Notes under the pieces: generated by a model
Seen by the model: the letters and a program-made list of their open reading frames with translations, nothing else
What the model was told of the DNA's origin: nothing
The model's database searches: none
Part shown: positions 17,733-27,666 of the stretch, piece after piece
Layout of the letters: each line of letters begins with the position of its first letter
Numbering within the stretch: position 1 is the first letter of the stretch
Position numbers and translations under genes: made by a program
NCBI GenBank assembly: GCA_020632235.1
Contig: JACKFY010000004.1
Span: 4,811 to 68,810 of the forward strand
Source: Pseudomonadales bacterium
Lineage (GTDB): Bacteria > Patescibacteriota > Microgenomatia > UBA1400 > PJMF01
Length of the DNA: 64,000 nt
Reading direction: 5' to 3'

Positions 17733-19595
17733 ATGAAAACAAAACAACTCTATCTATCTGATTCATATCTTAAGCAGGCTGATGCAAAGGTAGCTGAAAT
17801 AGAGCAGAATGAAAAAATTACTGTTGTGTATCTTGATCAGACTATTTTTTATGCCCAAGGTGGGGGGCAACCGGCTGATATAGGTATTATTGCAGGAAAA
17901 AATGGGACGCTAACCGTTTCTCATGTTTCATACAACAACGGCAAAATACAACATAAAGGTATGCTTTCTGGAACTCTTGAGGAGAATGATGTGGTTACAC
18001 TCACCATCGACTGGAAAAAACGCTATGAAAACATGCAACTCCACACAGCAGGACACGTTTTGGACCAAGCTGTTAAAAATATCATTCCAAATGTGTATGG
18101 GGTAGATGGCACACACGGCATTCAAGGAAAAAACTACATAGAGTTTAACGAAGAAATCAAACCAGATCAACTTCCCCAAATTCAAAAAGAAATAGAGAAC
18201 ATCTGTGCTGCGGGAGAGGACATCACAACACAGATGGTTACCCATGCAGAGATTAAAGCAATGGGCATACACCTGCCATTTGATTTGCCAAAAAATAAAG
18301 ACCTGCGCATCATGAGTATTGGTTCATACCCCGCAATGCCTGACGGAGGCACACAGCTAAAAAATACAGGTGAGTGCTGGCCTATTTCCGTCGATTCTGT
18401 ACAAGAGAAAAAGAATCTTTGGAGAGTACAGTACTCGGTAAAACATCCACAACACAAGAAATCACCAGAAAGTATTAAAAAGAAAAAAGAGGAGCACCTA
18501 CCACTAGTATCTTTAGAAGAGCTTAAAGTTCACGCCACTCGACTTGAACAAGAGGTTAAGGCCGACGTGGATGAAGGATCACCAGACCTCCACACCAAGT
18601 ACCTGGGGAAAAACGGTCTGTTTAACCAGCTAGCAAAAACAATCAAAGATATTGGCCCAGCAGAGCGAAAACAAGCAGGGATGCTGCTCAATCAGGTAAA
18701 AGCAAAGATTACCGCAGCACTAAAACAAACAACAACCAAGCAACAACATAGCGCCATCGACCTGACCATGCCAGGAACAGCCCCACATGTGGGGCATCTG
18801 CACCCCGTGACGCAGGCAATGCGCGAGATCACCGATATTTTTGAGCAAATTGGCTTTACCCGCGTGCGCTACCCAGAGGTAGACTGGGACTGGTACGTCT
18901 TTGAAAGCCTCAACATGCCCCCCCACCATCCCGCCCGAGACGAGTGGGAGACGTTTTTTGTTGACGTGCCAGATACCACCAAAGATGTAGCGTATGACTC
19001 AAACAACCCGCGTAAACGACACCCCAGTTTAGTAGGGGGCAAGGTGGTGCTGACCACGCACACCTCAAACGGCCAAGTACGCGAGATGGAGCGCATGGAC
19101 AGCACCCCACCTATTCGCTTTATCAACATTGCGCGGTGCTACCGCAGACAACAAGACGCCACCCACACGCAAATGTTTCATCAGTTTGAGGGACTGGTGA
19201 TAGACAAACACATCACCATTCAGCACTTAAAGGGCACACTCGACCACTTTGCCCAGCATTTTTACGGACCAACGGTCAAAAGTAGAATTAGACCGTTTCA
19301 CTTTCAGTTTACCGAGCCATCATTTGAGGTTGATTTTTCATGCCATATTTGTGACGGCACAGGGGTAGTAAACGGCGAAAAATGTAAATTTTGCAAATCT
19401 GGCTGGCATGAAGTAGGTGGAGCAGGCATGGTGCACCCCAATGTACTGAAAGCCGGCGGTATCGACCCCGACATATACACCGGCTTTGCCTTTGGCTGGG
19501 GGGTAGAGCGCACCTATACGCTCAAACCAGGGCTCAACATTGATGATATTCGATTGCTATACAGCAGTAACATACAGTTTTTGGAGCAGTTTTAG
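17733..19595 (+). CDS. pheS: Phenylalanyl-tRNA synthetase alpha subunit with an N-terminal AlaX-like (tRNA editing, tRNA_SAD-type) domain fused
   Basis: Residues 1-245 match AlaX (VVYLDQTIFYAQGGGQPADIG, HTAGH zinc motif). Residues 260-620 match PheS (LTTHTSNGQVREM, FQFTEPSFEVD, GWHEVGGAGMVHPNVL, GFAFGWGVER). It is one uninterrupted 620-aa ORF. Confidence 0.8.
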   Translation: MKTKQLYLSDSYLKQADAKVAEIEQNEKITVVYLDQTIFYAQGGGQPADIGIIAGKNGTLTVSHVSYNNGKIQHKGMLSGTLEENDVVTLTIDWKKRYENMQLHTAGHVLDQAVKNIIPNVYGVDGTHGIQGKNYIEFNEEIKPDQLPQIQKEIENICAAGEDITTQMVTHAEIKAMGIHLPFDLPKNKDLRIMSIGSYPAMPDGGTQLKNTGECWPISVDSVQEKKNLWRVQYSVKHPQHKKSPESIKKKKEEHLPLVSLEELKVHATRLEQEVKADVDEGSPDLHTKYLGKNGLFNQLAKTIKDIGPAERKQAGMLLNQVKAKITAALKQTTTKQQHSAIDLTMPGTAPHVGHLHPVTQAMREITDIFEQIGFTRVRYPEVDWDWYVFESLNMPPHHPARDEWETFFVDVPDTTKDVAYDSNNPRKRHPSLVGGKVVLTTHTSNGQVREMERMDSTPPIRFINIARCYRRQQDATHTQMFHQFEGLVIDKHITIQHLKGTLDHFAQHFYGPTVKSRIRPFHFQFTEPSFEVDFSCHICDGTGVVNGEKCKFCKSGWHEVGGAGMVHPNVLKAGGIDPDIYTGFAFGWGVERTYTLKPGLNIDDIRLLYSSNIQFLEQF

Positions 19596-19597
19596 GT

Positions 19598-20041
19598 ATG
19601 TCAAAAACCAATCACAACTCCGCCTTTATTGATGCCCAAAATCTCTACCTTGGAGTCAAAGCCTCTGGATGGAAACTTGATTATAAAAAACTTCTCCTTT
19701 ACTTAAAGCATAAGTTTGAGATTATAAAAGCATATTTATTTATAGGATATGTTGAAGAAAATAAGTACCTATATCAACAACTAGAGAATTATGGATATGA
19801 ACTCATGTTTAAACCAACAATTTCATATATACAAAATGGAAAAGTGATGAGAAAAGGGAATGTTGATGCAAAGAAACAAACTACTGCATGTTCTCACTCC
19901 AACAAAAAATTATTCTCAACTTTTACTACCCTAGGTGCGGTACATCACACACTTAGAAAAAATAAAAGAGTCAATAAAGAAAAAAATGGTCAGACTCGGC
20001 CTTCGGTCGAAACCTTAGGCGTATCTGGCCGTGGGTGTTGA
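19598..20041 (+). CDS. NYN (LabA-like) domain protein, probably a truncated remnant
   Basis: N-terminal AFIDAQNLYLG...DYKKLLLYL...AYLFIGY and KGNVDAK match NYN-domain blocks. The C-terminal half is low-complexity and lacks the third Asp motif. The gene is AT-rich compared with pheS and pheT. Confidence 0.45.
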   Translation: MSKTNHNSAFIDAQNLYLGVKASGWKLDYKKLLLYLKHKFEIIKAYLFIGYVEENKYLYQQLENYGYELMFKPTISYIQNGKVMRKGNVDAKKQTTACSHSNKKLFSTFTTLGAVHHTLRKNKRVNKEKNGQTRPSVETLGVSGRGC

Positions 20042-20077
20042 CGAAAATTGTAACAAATAAAGGCATAAAAAGCAAGC

Positions 20078-22093
20078 ATGAACATCCTCATTCCACACCA
20101 CTGGCTCCTTGAACACCTCGATACAACTGCCACACCAGCAGAGATACAAACACTCCTATCACTCTCTGGCCCTTCAGTTGAGATGATCTATGAGAAACCA
20201 GCCCCTGTCACAACAAAAGCGGGAGTCGAGTCTGTGTACGACATCGAGGTCACCACCAACAGGGTAGACAGCATGTCTGTTCGCGGCATCGCCAGAGAAG
20301 CGGCAGTTATCTTACACCAAGCAGGGAGTTCTTCATCGCTGAAAGCATTTGAGCCACACATGCCAGATAACTCAGGCGAACTACCACTCCCAACGATCAC
20401 AGATGAGAGCCAGCTATGCAACCGTATTGTGTGTGTAGTGCTCGATCAACTAGAGAGAACGCCAACACCGGACTGGATGGCAGAGCGACTGGGGTTAGTC
20501 GATATTCAAACTCACGACAGCGCTGTGGACATTACCAACTACGTCACCCACGAGATAGGCCATCCCATTCACGCCTTTGACTATGATGCTATTATGGCTC
20601 TGGGTGGCGAGATTATCATCAAAAAAGCTGATGCAGGAAAACAGTTTGTGACGCTTGATGGTCAAGCATACACCACTGTTGGCGGAGAAGTTGTGTTTGA
20701 AAACGAGTCAGGCGAGATCATCGACCTGCCGGCTATTAAAGGTACAAACAACACCTCAATACACAAAGATACCAAGCGCATACTACTGTGGACAGAAAAC
20801 CTCTCTGCCGCGGATGTACGGTTTGCCTCGATGACACACGCCATTCGTACCACTGCTGCGCAACTGAATGAAAAACATGTTGACCCCCACCTCGCCCTCC
20901 CCACGCTACTCAAGGCAGTCGAGCTATACCAATCACTCTGTCATGCACGAGTAGCCTCGCCTGTCCTTGACCTTTTTCCAGGAAAAACAACCCAACCAAG
21001 CGTTAAGATGAATCATGCTATGTTTGCGCGCTACCTAGGTATTACACTTTCTCCAAAACAGGTGCAAACAATCTTGCGGCAGTTAGAGTGTAGTGTAGTG
21101 TTTAATGCGCAAACACAACACTACAGCATCACCCCGCCCACCTTTCGCAGCGACCTTACCATTCCCGCCGATATTGTCGAAGAAATTGCCCGCATTTACG
21201 GCTATCACACCATCCCAAGTGTGCTGATGGACGGGTCTATTCCCACCAAAAAACAAGAAGGTGTGCATTTTAAGATTGAGAGAACACTCAAAGAATTTCT
21301 GGCCCACACAGGCTGGCAAGAGCTCTATACCTACTCAACGGTAAGCAGCGAGCTGGCAGAGCAATCAGGGTATGCACTCACCGATCATCTCGCCCTCCAA
21401 AACCCACTCGACACCGATCATGTCTACCTACGTCGTTCTCTCATTCCGTCACTTCTAGAGGCAGCAGAACAAAACTCCACTCGTACACAACTAGAGTTTT
21501 TTGAAGTAGCCAATGTCTATCATCCACAAAAAGAGGGACTGCCACATGAGGTTATGACGTTGTGCATGCTCACCACTACTTCATATCTCGGGTTCAAAGG
21601 CTCTATCGAGGCACTCCTGCGAGAGTACTTCCAAACAATCGAAGTAACAGAGGCAACAGCAAACAATACTACCGTACTCCAAGCAGGAGAAATAGCAGTA
21701 CACCAAAACGGATTGGAGCACGTCATCGGTACCATCCAGGTGCTAAAAAACAACTACTACGCAGCACAGATCGTCATTGACCAGTTAGCGCGCGTTGCGC
21801 GCACCCACCCCACCTACACCCCCCCACCGGCTACCGCCGAGATTATCGAAGATATGACGTTCTCTTTTACAAAGCTGCCAGAAATTGGGCCGCTGTTGGC
21901 GTTTATAGCGTCACTCACACCACGTATTTCTGGGGTGGAGCTGAGTAGTATCTACCACAACAACATAAGCGTTCGGCTACAGTTTAACGATCCACATCGC
22001 AATCTATCGTCTGAAGAACTAGAGCCAACGCGAAAACTTCTCGCCGAGAGTATCGAAAAAAAGTACCACGCAACCCTGGTTGGTACCGTGTGA
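20078..22093 (+). CDS. pheT: Phenylalanyl-tRNA synthetase beta subunit
   Basis: N-terminal MNILIPHHWLLEHLD... matches PheT. B3/4 and B5 regions are present. 671 aa. Confidence 0.9.
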   Translation: MNILIPHHWLLEHLDTTATPAEIQTLLSLSGPSVEMIYEKPAPVTTKAGVESVYDIEVTTNRVDSMSVRGIAREAAVILHQAGSSSSLKAFEPHMPDNSGELPLPTITDESQLCNRIVCVVLDQLERTPTPDWMAERLGLVDIQTHDSAVDITNYVTHEIGHPIHAFDYDAIMALGGEIIIKKADAGKQFVTLDGQAYTTVGGEVVFENESGEIIDLPAIKGTNNTSIHKDTKRILLWTENLSAADVRFASMTHAIRTTAAQLNEKHVDPHLALPTLLKAVELYQSLCHARVASPVLDLFPGKTTQPSVKMNHAMFARYLGITLSPKQVQTILRQLECSVVFNAQTQHYSITPPTFRSDLTIPADIVEEIARIYGYHTIPSVLMDGSIPTKKQEGVHFKIERTLKEFLAHTGWQELYTYSTVSSELAEQSGYALTDHLALQNPLDTDHVYLRRSLIPSLLEAAEQNSTRTQLEFFEVANVYHPQKEGLPHEVMTLCMLTTTSYLGFKGSIEALLREYFQTIEVTEATANNTTVLQAGEIAVHQNGLEHVIGTIQVLKNNYYAAQIVIDQLARVARTHPTYTPPPATAEIIEDMTFSFTKLPEIGPLLAFIASLTPRISGVELSSIYHNNISVRLQFNDPHRNLSSEELEPTRKLLAESIEKKYHATLVGTV

Positions 22094-23277
22094 GAGACAT
22101 GCGGGCACTTGTTCTACAGAGCGCTCTATTTAGTTTTATATTTTGTGCACCAATCAATTTTTTTTATGTTGTCAGCGACACGTATGCCTACACTGCTGGC
22201 CTGCGTTCTGACTACCTACTGCTGAGAGTATGGGCAGTGGTACTACCCGCATTAATTTTAGTTTTTTTGGGAAGACACACACTACTTGCAGTACTAAATA
22301 AACACCTGCGCTGGCAGTACGGCATAGTGCTGATACTGTGTGTACTCACCCAACTGTTGAGTCTGGTACCACTCGTTTCTGTGTTTCACTTGACGCAGAT
22401 TATCTTGATTGCTCTGGCAAGCATACTGCTGTTCAAACAAAAAAATACCCACTGGGATACTATCAAAGCAGCCGTGTGGGTAACACTTCTCTTTCAAACA
22501 GCGCTCGGCACCTACCAGGTTTTGACACAGTCTTCGCTCATGGGTTACGCACTATTGGGCGAACCAAGCATTCCTACTATCGGACTCAGCTCTGCTCATT
22601 TTTTTGGAGTAGAAACCATTCTTGCCTATGGCTCTACTGCGCACCCTAATATCTTGGCAGGTATGGGGGCGCTGTTCTCTGGTATTATTGTGGCACATAC
22701 TCCAACAAAAAAAGAAAGTATGCTTGCTATCGCAGTTGCAAGCTGGTTATGCCTATTCACGCTCTCTGTAAGTGGAGCAGCAGCACTGCTTATAACACTC
22801 GTTGCGTACTTTAGACCAAACGTTCAGCGCTACATCACCACCAAGCGAGTAGTAGTACTCATACTTATCTCCCTATGCTTACCGCTACTCGTATCAAACT
22901 ACACAGACAATCAAAGCATCAGCAGAAGAGCACTGCTGCTAGAAAATGCAGCTCGTACTACTTGGAATCATCCGCTCGGAACCGGCATAGGGCAGAGCAC
23001 GCTCTTTACTTCACCCACTCTTATGAGTACCGAGATTGCTCGATTTGTGCAGCCCGTGCACAACGTGTTTGTCTTATTTCTTGAAGAATGGGGAGTAGTC
23101 ATAGGAGTGTTTGTTTTCTGGCTGATCTACAAGCACCGTCGATATTTTTCTGCTTACTCGGCTACTCTTTTGCCACTATTACTATGGGATCACTACCTAC
23201 TCAGCATGGAGTCTGGAGTGGCGCTTTTATGCATCTACCTCGCACTTACAAGCATGAGTGCCAAACAGCATGAATGA
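22090..23277 (+). CDS. Polytopic membrane protein, possibly an O-antigen ligase/Wzy-like protein
   Basis: A 395-aa ORF with ten or more TM segments. The assignment is by topology only. Confidence 0.4.
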   Translation: MRDMRALVLQSALFSFIFCAPINFFYVVSDTYAYTAGLRSDYLLLRVWAVVLPALILVFLGRHTLLAVLNKHLRWQYGIVLILCVLTQLLSLVPLVSVFHLTQIILIALASILLFKQKNTHWDTIKAAVWVTLLFQTALGTYQVLTQSSLMGYALLGEPSIPTIGLSSAHFFGVETILAYGSTAHPNILAGMGALFSGIIVAHTPTKKESMLAIAVASWLCLFTLSVSGAAALLITLVAYFRPNVQRYITTKRVVVLILISLCLPLLVSNYTDNQSISRRALLLENAARTTWNHPLGTGIGQSTLFTSPTLMSTEIARFVQPVHNVFVLFLEEWGVVIGVFVFWLIYKHRRYFSAYSATLLPLLLWDHYLLSMESGVALLCIYLALTSMSAKQHE

Positions 23278-23281
23278 GTGA

Positions 23282-26056
23282 TTACCCATCATCTTCTGGA
23301 TCGGCCGAAGGGCTGGGGGAGGGGGTAGGGCTTGGGCTGGGTGACGGGGTAGGAGACGGCTTGTCTTCCTCATCCCACTCAACCCCACCCGTGCCAATAC
23401 GCACAGTATCAGAGATTTTCTCTCCACCGCCGTCTCGCACGTACGCTTTAGCGTAGATGCGATACTTTCCTTCTGGCAAGTTAAGCGAGCCTTTGTACTC
23501 TCTATTTTGAATAGTTTCACGCAAAGAGTCATTGACAAAGATCTCTATTTTCTCAATGCCGTTGTGGGCGTCAGCTGCTACCTCGATATCAATCTGCTCG
23601 TTTTCGTAATTTTTCTTGTCTTCTGGCTGTTTGAGCTCTACGTACACGTCGCCCTGCTCGCCACACAGCTCTGTCGGAACTTTGTAGAGTGCGTTATCAC
23701 CAGCTGCAATCCAGGCATCGATGCCAAACTGCCACCGGTTGGTGCCATCAACCGAGAGCGGATCTCGCTCTTCAAGCACCACGAACTCTTTTTCATCAAA
23801 ATCACCAGCCGCAATGCGGGCGTCATTCGCCAGCTTGTCTTCCTGTCCCTTGCAAACCTTAAGTTTTGTGTGAATGGGGTCAGGGAGAGGAGGGAGGGAG
23901 TTTTTAAGCACATACTCGGTCTTGCTGGCAAACTCATCATGGGCAGGATACCCAGAAATAGCATCCACTGTCACCTGCTCAACATCACTAGGAGGTTGCC
24001 AAGTGGGGGCTGCATACCCTTTCTCTATCAAAACGCCCATGATCCTGCGCCAAATAGGTGAGGCGCCCGAGACACCAGAGGCAACCGAGGTCATAGCACT
24101 CCCATCGTTGTTGCCTACCCAGGCAGCAACCAGCGCTGACGAGCTCCACCCAATCGCCCAGTTATCTTTTTGATTGTTGGTGGTACCAGTCTTAACTGCC
24201 ACACCACTCCCTACATTCAAAAGCGAGTTGGCACCAAACGCAGGAATGCGTGCGCTGTTGTCAGACAAAATATGGTTGATCAGAAAAGCCTCACCAGTAC
24301 TCATCACTCTTTTTCCAGGCAGCTGTTTGTGCTCAAAGAGCGTATTTCCGTCCTTGTCTTTGACAGAAAGAATAGAGACCACATCGTTTCGCTCACCACC
24401 TGTGGCAAATGAAGAGTAGGCCTGGGCCATATCGAGCATATGCACCTCAGCACCACCAAGGGTGACTGCCAGACCAAAGGTGCGTTTGTTCTCGGCTGTT
24501 GGCTCTAGGGTTTCAAGTCCCATGTCATACGCCTGACCCAAAAAATCATCAAGACCAACGATAGCCAAGGCTTTGACTGCAGGGATATTGAGCGAACTAC
24601 CAAGGCTGGTGCGAAGTGAGACAGGCCCGCGAAACGTACCGTCGTAGTTTTTGGGCGTGTACGGGTTGTCAGAAGCACTCGAAGCAAACGTGGTTGGTAC
24701 GTCTACTAAAATACTCGCTGGGGTGTAACCTTTTCTCAAAAGAGTAAGGTAGGTAATGGGCTTGATCGAGCTGCCTGGCTGGCGAAAACCATCGGCCACC
24801 ACATTAAACTCACCACCGATGTCTTTATTATTATAGTCTCTGCTGCCTACCATGCTCAAGATCTCGCCTGTATCTGGCTCCACTACTACCGCTGCCCCGT
24901 TGCTAATGTTGAGGTTGGTCACCTTTCCTACCTCTTCTGTGACAATAGCTTGGGCTTTTTTTTGTAGATCCAGATCGAGTGTAGTAGTTACCTGCAGCCC
25001 ACCAGACAGCACTGCGCTCTCACCATACATCTCAGACAACTGGTCACGCACATAAAATACAAAGTGAGGTGCATCAAGCTGCGTGCTGGGATCGGAGAAC
25101 TGCACGTCTGGCAGCTGAGCAAGTGCGTCTTGATACGCTATCTCGGTGATGTACTCGTCTTCACGCATACGCCTGAGCACCCCCTTGGTACGCTCCTGCC
25201 AATAGATATTGCCGTCTGGATCAGTCTTGTTGCTGTAGGGATAGTAAGTGCTAGGGCGCTGCGGGAGTCCTGCTAAGATGGCCGACTCAATAAGGTTGAG
25301 CTCTCCGACTGATTTATCAAAGTACATCTCGGCTGCCGCACCCACTCCAGCAGTGTTGCCCCCGTAGGGTATTTCATTCAGGTACATCTCGAGGATTTGG
25401 TCTTTGGTAAAGGTGCGCTCTATTTGGAGTGATAACACCAACTCTTTAAACTTACGCTCGATACTACGCTCGTCTGTGAGCAGTGCTTTTTTAACCAACT
25501 GCTGGGTCAGGGTCGAGCCACCCACCACTCGCTGGCGAGCAACAAGATTGTACGGGATTCTAATAACCGTCATCACATCAAACCCACTGTGCTTATAAAA
25601 ATCTTTATCTTCAATAGCAATTGTTGCCTGCTTAACCGTATCGGGGATTTGATTAGCTGGTACGTAGGTGCGTCGCTCATCACCATGTACGTCGTACAAA
25701 AGATGGCCATTTCTATCAAAAATTCTGGTACTAAAGCCGTCTTTGCGCACGACCTCGCCGGGCCTGGGAAGATCACGCGAGTACCAGGCGAACGCAATAA
25801 AAAAGACAATAATCCCCACCACCACCCCTATCAAAGAGAGAAGGGCGAGTATCTTGAGCACTTTTACTTTGTCTATAGATTGAAACCACGAGCGGATTTT
25901 GCCCGTTTTTCCTGCAGAAGACCGAGTGCTAGGCGAGGTGCGAGAACTAGATCGAGAAGAAGTGCTTACTGCTTTTCTGCGTGAGCGCGTCTTTCTTGCA
26001 GTCTGCTTTGTAATGTTCTTGAGAGCATCTATCATAGGTATCGTGCATTGTAGCAC
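23282..26056 (-). CDS. Class A penicillin-binding protein (bifunctional glycosyltransferase GT51 plus transpeptidase) with a C-terminal extension and PSPT-repeat linker
   Basis: GT51 block IAIEDKDFYKHSGFD...GGSTLTQQLVKK, the transpeptidase SxxK region, and a C-terminal PSPTPSPSPSPTPSPSPS low-complexity tail. Confidence 0.9.
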   Translation of the reverse strand: MLQCTIPMIDALKNITKQTARKTRSRRKAVSTSSRSSSRTSPSTRSSAGKTGKIRSWFQSIDKVKVLKILALLSLIGVVVGIIVFFIAFAWYSRDLPRPGEVVRKDGFSTRIFDRNGHLLYDVHGDERRTYVPANQIPDTVKQATIAIEDKDFYKHSGFDVMTVIRIPYNLVARQRVVGGSTLTQQLVKKALLTDERSIERKFKELVLSLQIERTFTKDQILEMYLNEIPYGGNTAGVGAAAEMYFDKSVGELNLIESAILAGLPQRPSTYYPYSNKTDPDGNIYWQERTKGVLRRMREDEYITEIAYQDALAQLPDVQFSDPSTQLDAPHFVFYVRDQLSEMYGESAVLSGGLQVTTTLDLDLQKKAQAIVTEEVGKVTNLNISNGAAVVVEPDTGEILSMVGSRDYNNKDIGGEFNVVADGFRQPGSSIKPITYLTLLRKGYTPASILVDVPTTFASSASDNPYTPKNYDGTFRGPVSLRTSLGSSLNIPAVKALAIVGLDDFLGQAYDMGLETLEPTAENKRTFGLAVTLGGAEVHMLDMAQAYSSFATGGERNDVVSILSVKDKDGNTLFEHKQLPGKRVMSTGEAFLINHILSDNSARIPAFGANSLLNVGSGVAVKTGTTNNQKDNWAIGWSSSALVAAWVGNNDGSAMTSVASGVSGASPIWRRIMGVLIEKGYAAPTWQPPSDVEQVTVDAISGYPAHDEFASKTEYVLKNSLPPLPDPIHTKLKVCKGQEDKLANDARIAAGDFDEKEFVVLEERDPLSVDGTNRWQFGIDAWIAAGDNALYKVPTELCGEQGDVYVELKQPEDKKNYENEQIDIEVAADAHNGIEKIEIFVNDSLRETIQNREYKGSLNLPEGKYRIYAKAYVRDGGGEKISDTVRIGTGGVEWDEEDKPSPTPSPSPSPTPSPSPSADPEDDG

Positions 26057-26082
26057 CTTCGCGTGAGGTAGTGAACAACTCT

Positions 26083-26111
26083 GTTCTTGAGGAAATCATC
26101 TGTGATATAAT
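26083..26111 (+). promoter_or_regulatory. Candidate extended -10 promoter of a tyrS leader
   Basis: TGaTATAAT at 26103-26111, with a weak -35. The terminator at 26220-26255 lies about 110 nt downstream. Confidence 0.35.
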
Positions 26112-26219
26112 GCGTAACGCACATGTATGCACCACTAACAAATGCCACTACATTTTGTTTTTTCTACTCAGCACAGAAAGGTGATGGGTAGTTTCGCGTA
26201 GTACTTCAAAAAAATACAA

Positions 26220-26255
26220 CCCCTCTCACTTTTCAAAAAAGGTGAGGGGTTTTTT
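26220..26255. terminator. Intrinsic terminator-like hairpin in the divergent PBP/tyrS intergenic region, with T-runs on both strands
   Basis: CCCCTCTCAC-TTTTCAAAAAA-GGTGAGGGG-TTTTTT. Confidence 0.5.
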
Positions 26256-26478
26256 GTTATGGGTAAAGTAAATACAAAAAAATAGAGAAAGGCTCTATGA
26301 GCAAAGAAACAAAGGATGGCAATTGGCAACGCTGGCAGAAGAGGCAAGAAATATGCACAGCTGGCAGTTGGGATGCTGGTGAGTGCTACTGCATCTACTG
26401 CACTAATGAAGCAGCAGAAAAACCAAAAGAAAACCAGCCATGACGAGAGCACAACACTCCGCTACAATAAAAACAGCT

Positions 26479-27666
26479 ATGTCAAACACCACTACAGACA
26501 CCGTGCTTGATAGAGGGGTGGCGGAGATTCTACCCTCCAAACAGACACTCGCAAAGGTAATGGAAGAAAAAAAGCTGCGTGTCTACCTCGGGATAGACCC
26601 TACAGGCGCAGCACTCACCCTCGGTCACTCGGTGGTGCTGCGCAAGCTGCAGCAGTTTGCTAGCCTGGGGCACGAGGCCATCTTGCTCATCGGTAACGGC
26701 ACAGTGCGTATTGGTGACCCCACAGGCAAAGACGCCAGCAGACCAGAGCTCACCGATGAAGAGATTTCCATCAACTTTCAAAACTGGAAAGAGCAAGCCA
26801 GCAAAGTACTTGATTTTACAAGCATCAAGATCAAGAAAAATGGCGATTGGCTTGACGCACTGACCTATGCTGATATTGTCAAGTTGCTGGCAAAAACAAC
26901 CGTGGGACAGCTCATGGAGCGTGACATGTTTCAAAAACGAGTGACAGAGGAAAAACCCATTCACGGCCACGAAATTATCTACCCACTGCTGCAAGGATAC
27001 GACTCGGTCGCGATGGATGTTGATCTAGAAATTGGTGGCAGTGACCAGCTATTTAACATGATGATGGGGAGGACTCTACAAAAAGAGTACAACAACAAAG
27101 AAAAATGGGTGCTCACCACCCCGCTCATTGTAGGCACTGATGGTAGGAAGATGAGTAAGTCGTACGGCAACTTTGTGGCACTCACTGATGAGCCTGGCAG
27201 TATGTACGGTAAGCTCATGAGTATACGCGACGAGAGCATCATGCCCTACTTTGAAGTACTAACCGATACATCAAATGAAGACTTGAGAGCAACCCAAGAT
27301 GCGCTGCAAGCAGGCAAAAACCCCATTACAACCAAAAAACAGCTTGCTCATACTATTACCCAGATGTATCACGGGGTAAAAAAAGCAGACGAGGCGCAAG
27401 AACACTTTGAAAAAACAGTCCAAGACAATCAGCTGCCAGAAACGATGCCGCAGGTTTCACTGGGTAAAACACCCCTCACCATACTAGAGGCGCTCAAAAT
27501 CATCGCGCCAGATAAAAGTAGTAGTCAGCTACGACGACTCATAGAGGAAGGCGGAGTAACCGTGTTCCCAGATGAAGAAAAACCAAGAGGCGTAGCAACC
27601 ATGATTGACCCTGTCAAAACAACGGTGATAAAACTAGGCAAGAGAGTATACGTACAGATAGTATGA
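26479..27666 (+). CDS. tyrS: Tyrosyl-tRNA synthetase
   Basis: GIDPTGAALTLGH (HIGH-region equivalent), the KMSKS motif, and a C-terminal S4-like domain. The ORF track starts at 26440, but MSNTTTD at 26479 fits the TyrS N-terminal length better. Confidence 0.9.
   Translation: MSNTTTDTVLDRGVAEILPSKQTLAKVMEEKKLRVYLGIDPTGAALTLGHSVVLRKLQQFASLGHEAILLIGNGTVRIGDPTGKDASRPELTDEEISINFQNWKEQASKVLDFTSIKIKKNGDWLDALTYADIVKLLAKTTVGQLMERDMFQKRVTEEKPIHGHEIIYPLLQGYDSVAMDVDLEIGGSDQLFNMMMGRTLQKEYNNKEKWVLTTPLIVGTDGRKMSKSYGNFVALTDEPGSMYGKLMSIRDESIMPYFEVLTDTSNEDLRATQDALQAGKNPITTKKQLAHTITQMYHGVKKADEAQEHFEKTVQDNQLPETMPQVSLGKTPLTILEALKIIAPDKSSSQLRRLIEEGGVTVFPDEEKPRGVATMIDPVKTTVIKLGKRVYVQIV

Noticed and set aside
26118-26255. 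Confident T-box riboswitch annotation upstream of tyrS
   Set aside because: Only a partial T-box-like string is present. The leader is short (about 140 nt) and the UGGN antiterminator bulge is not evident. Downgraded to a candidate leader/attenuator.
26168-26452. 94-aa minus-strand ORF in the PBP/tyrS divergent spacer
   Set aside because: It spans the bidirectional terminator hairpin and promoter elements. Hydrophobic low-complexity translation, so it is unlikely to be real.
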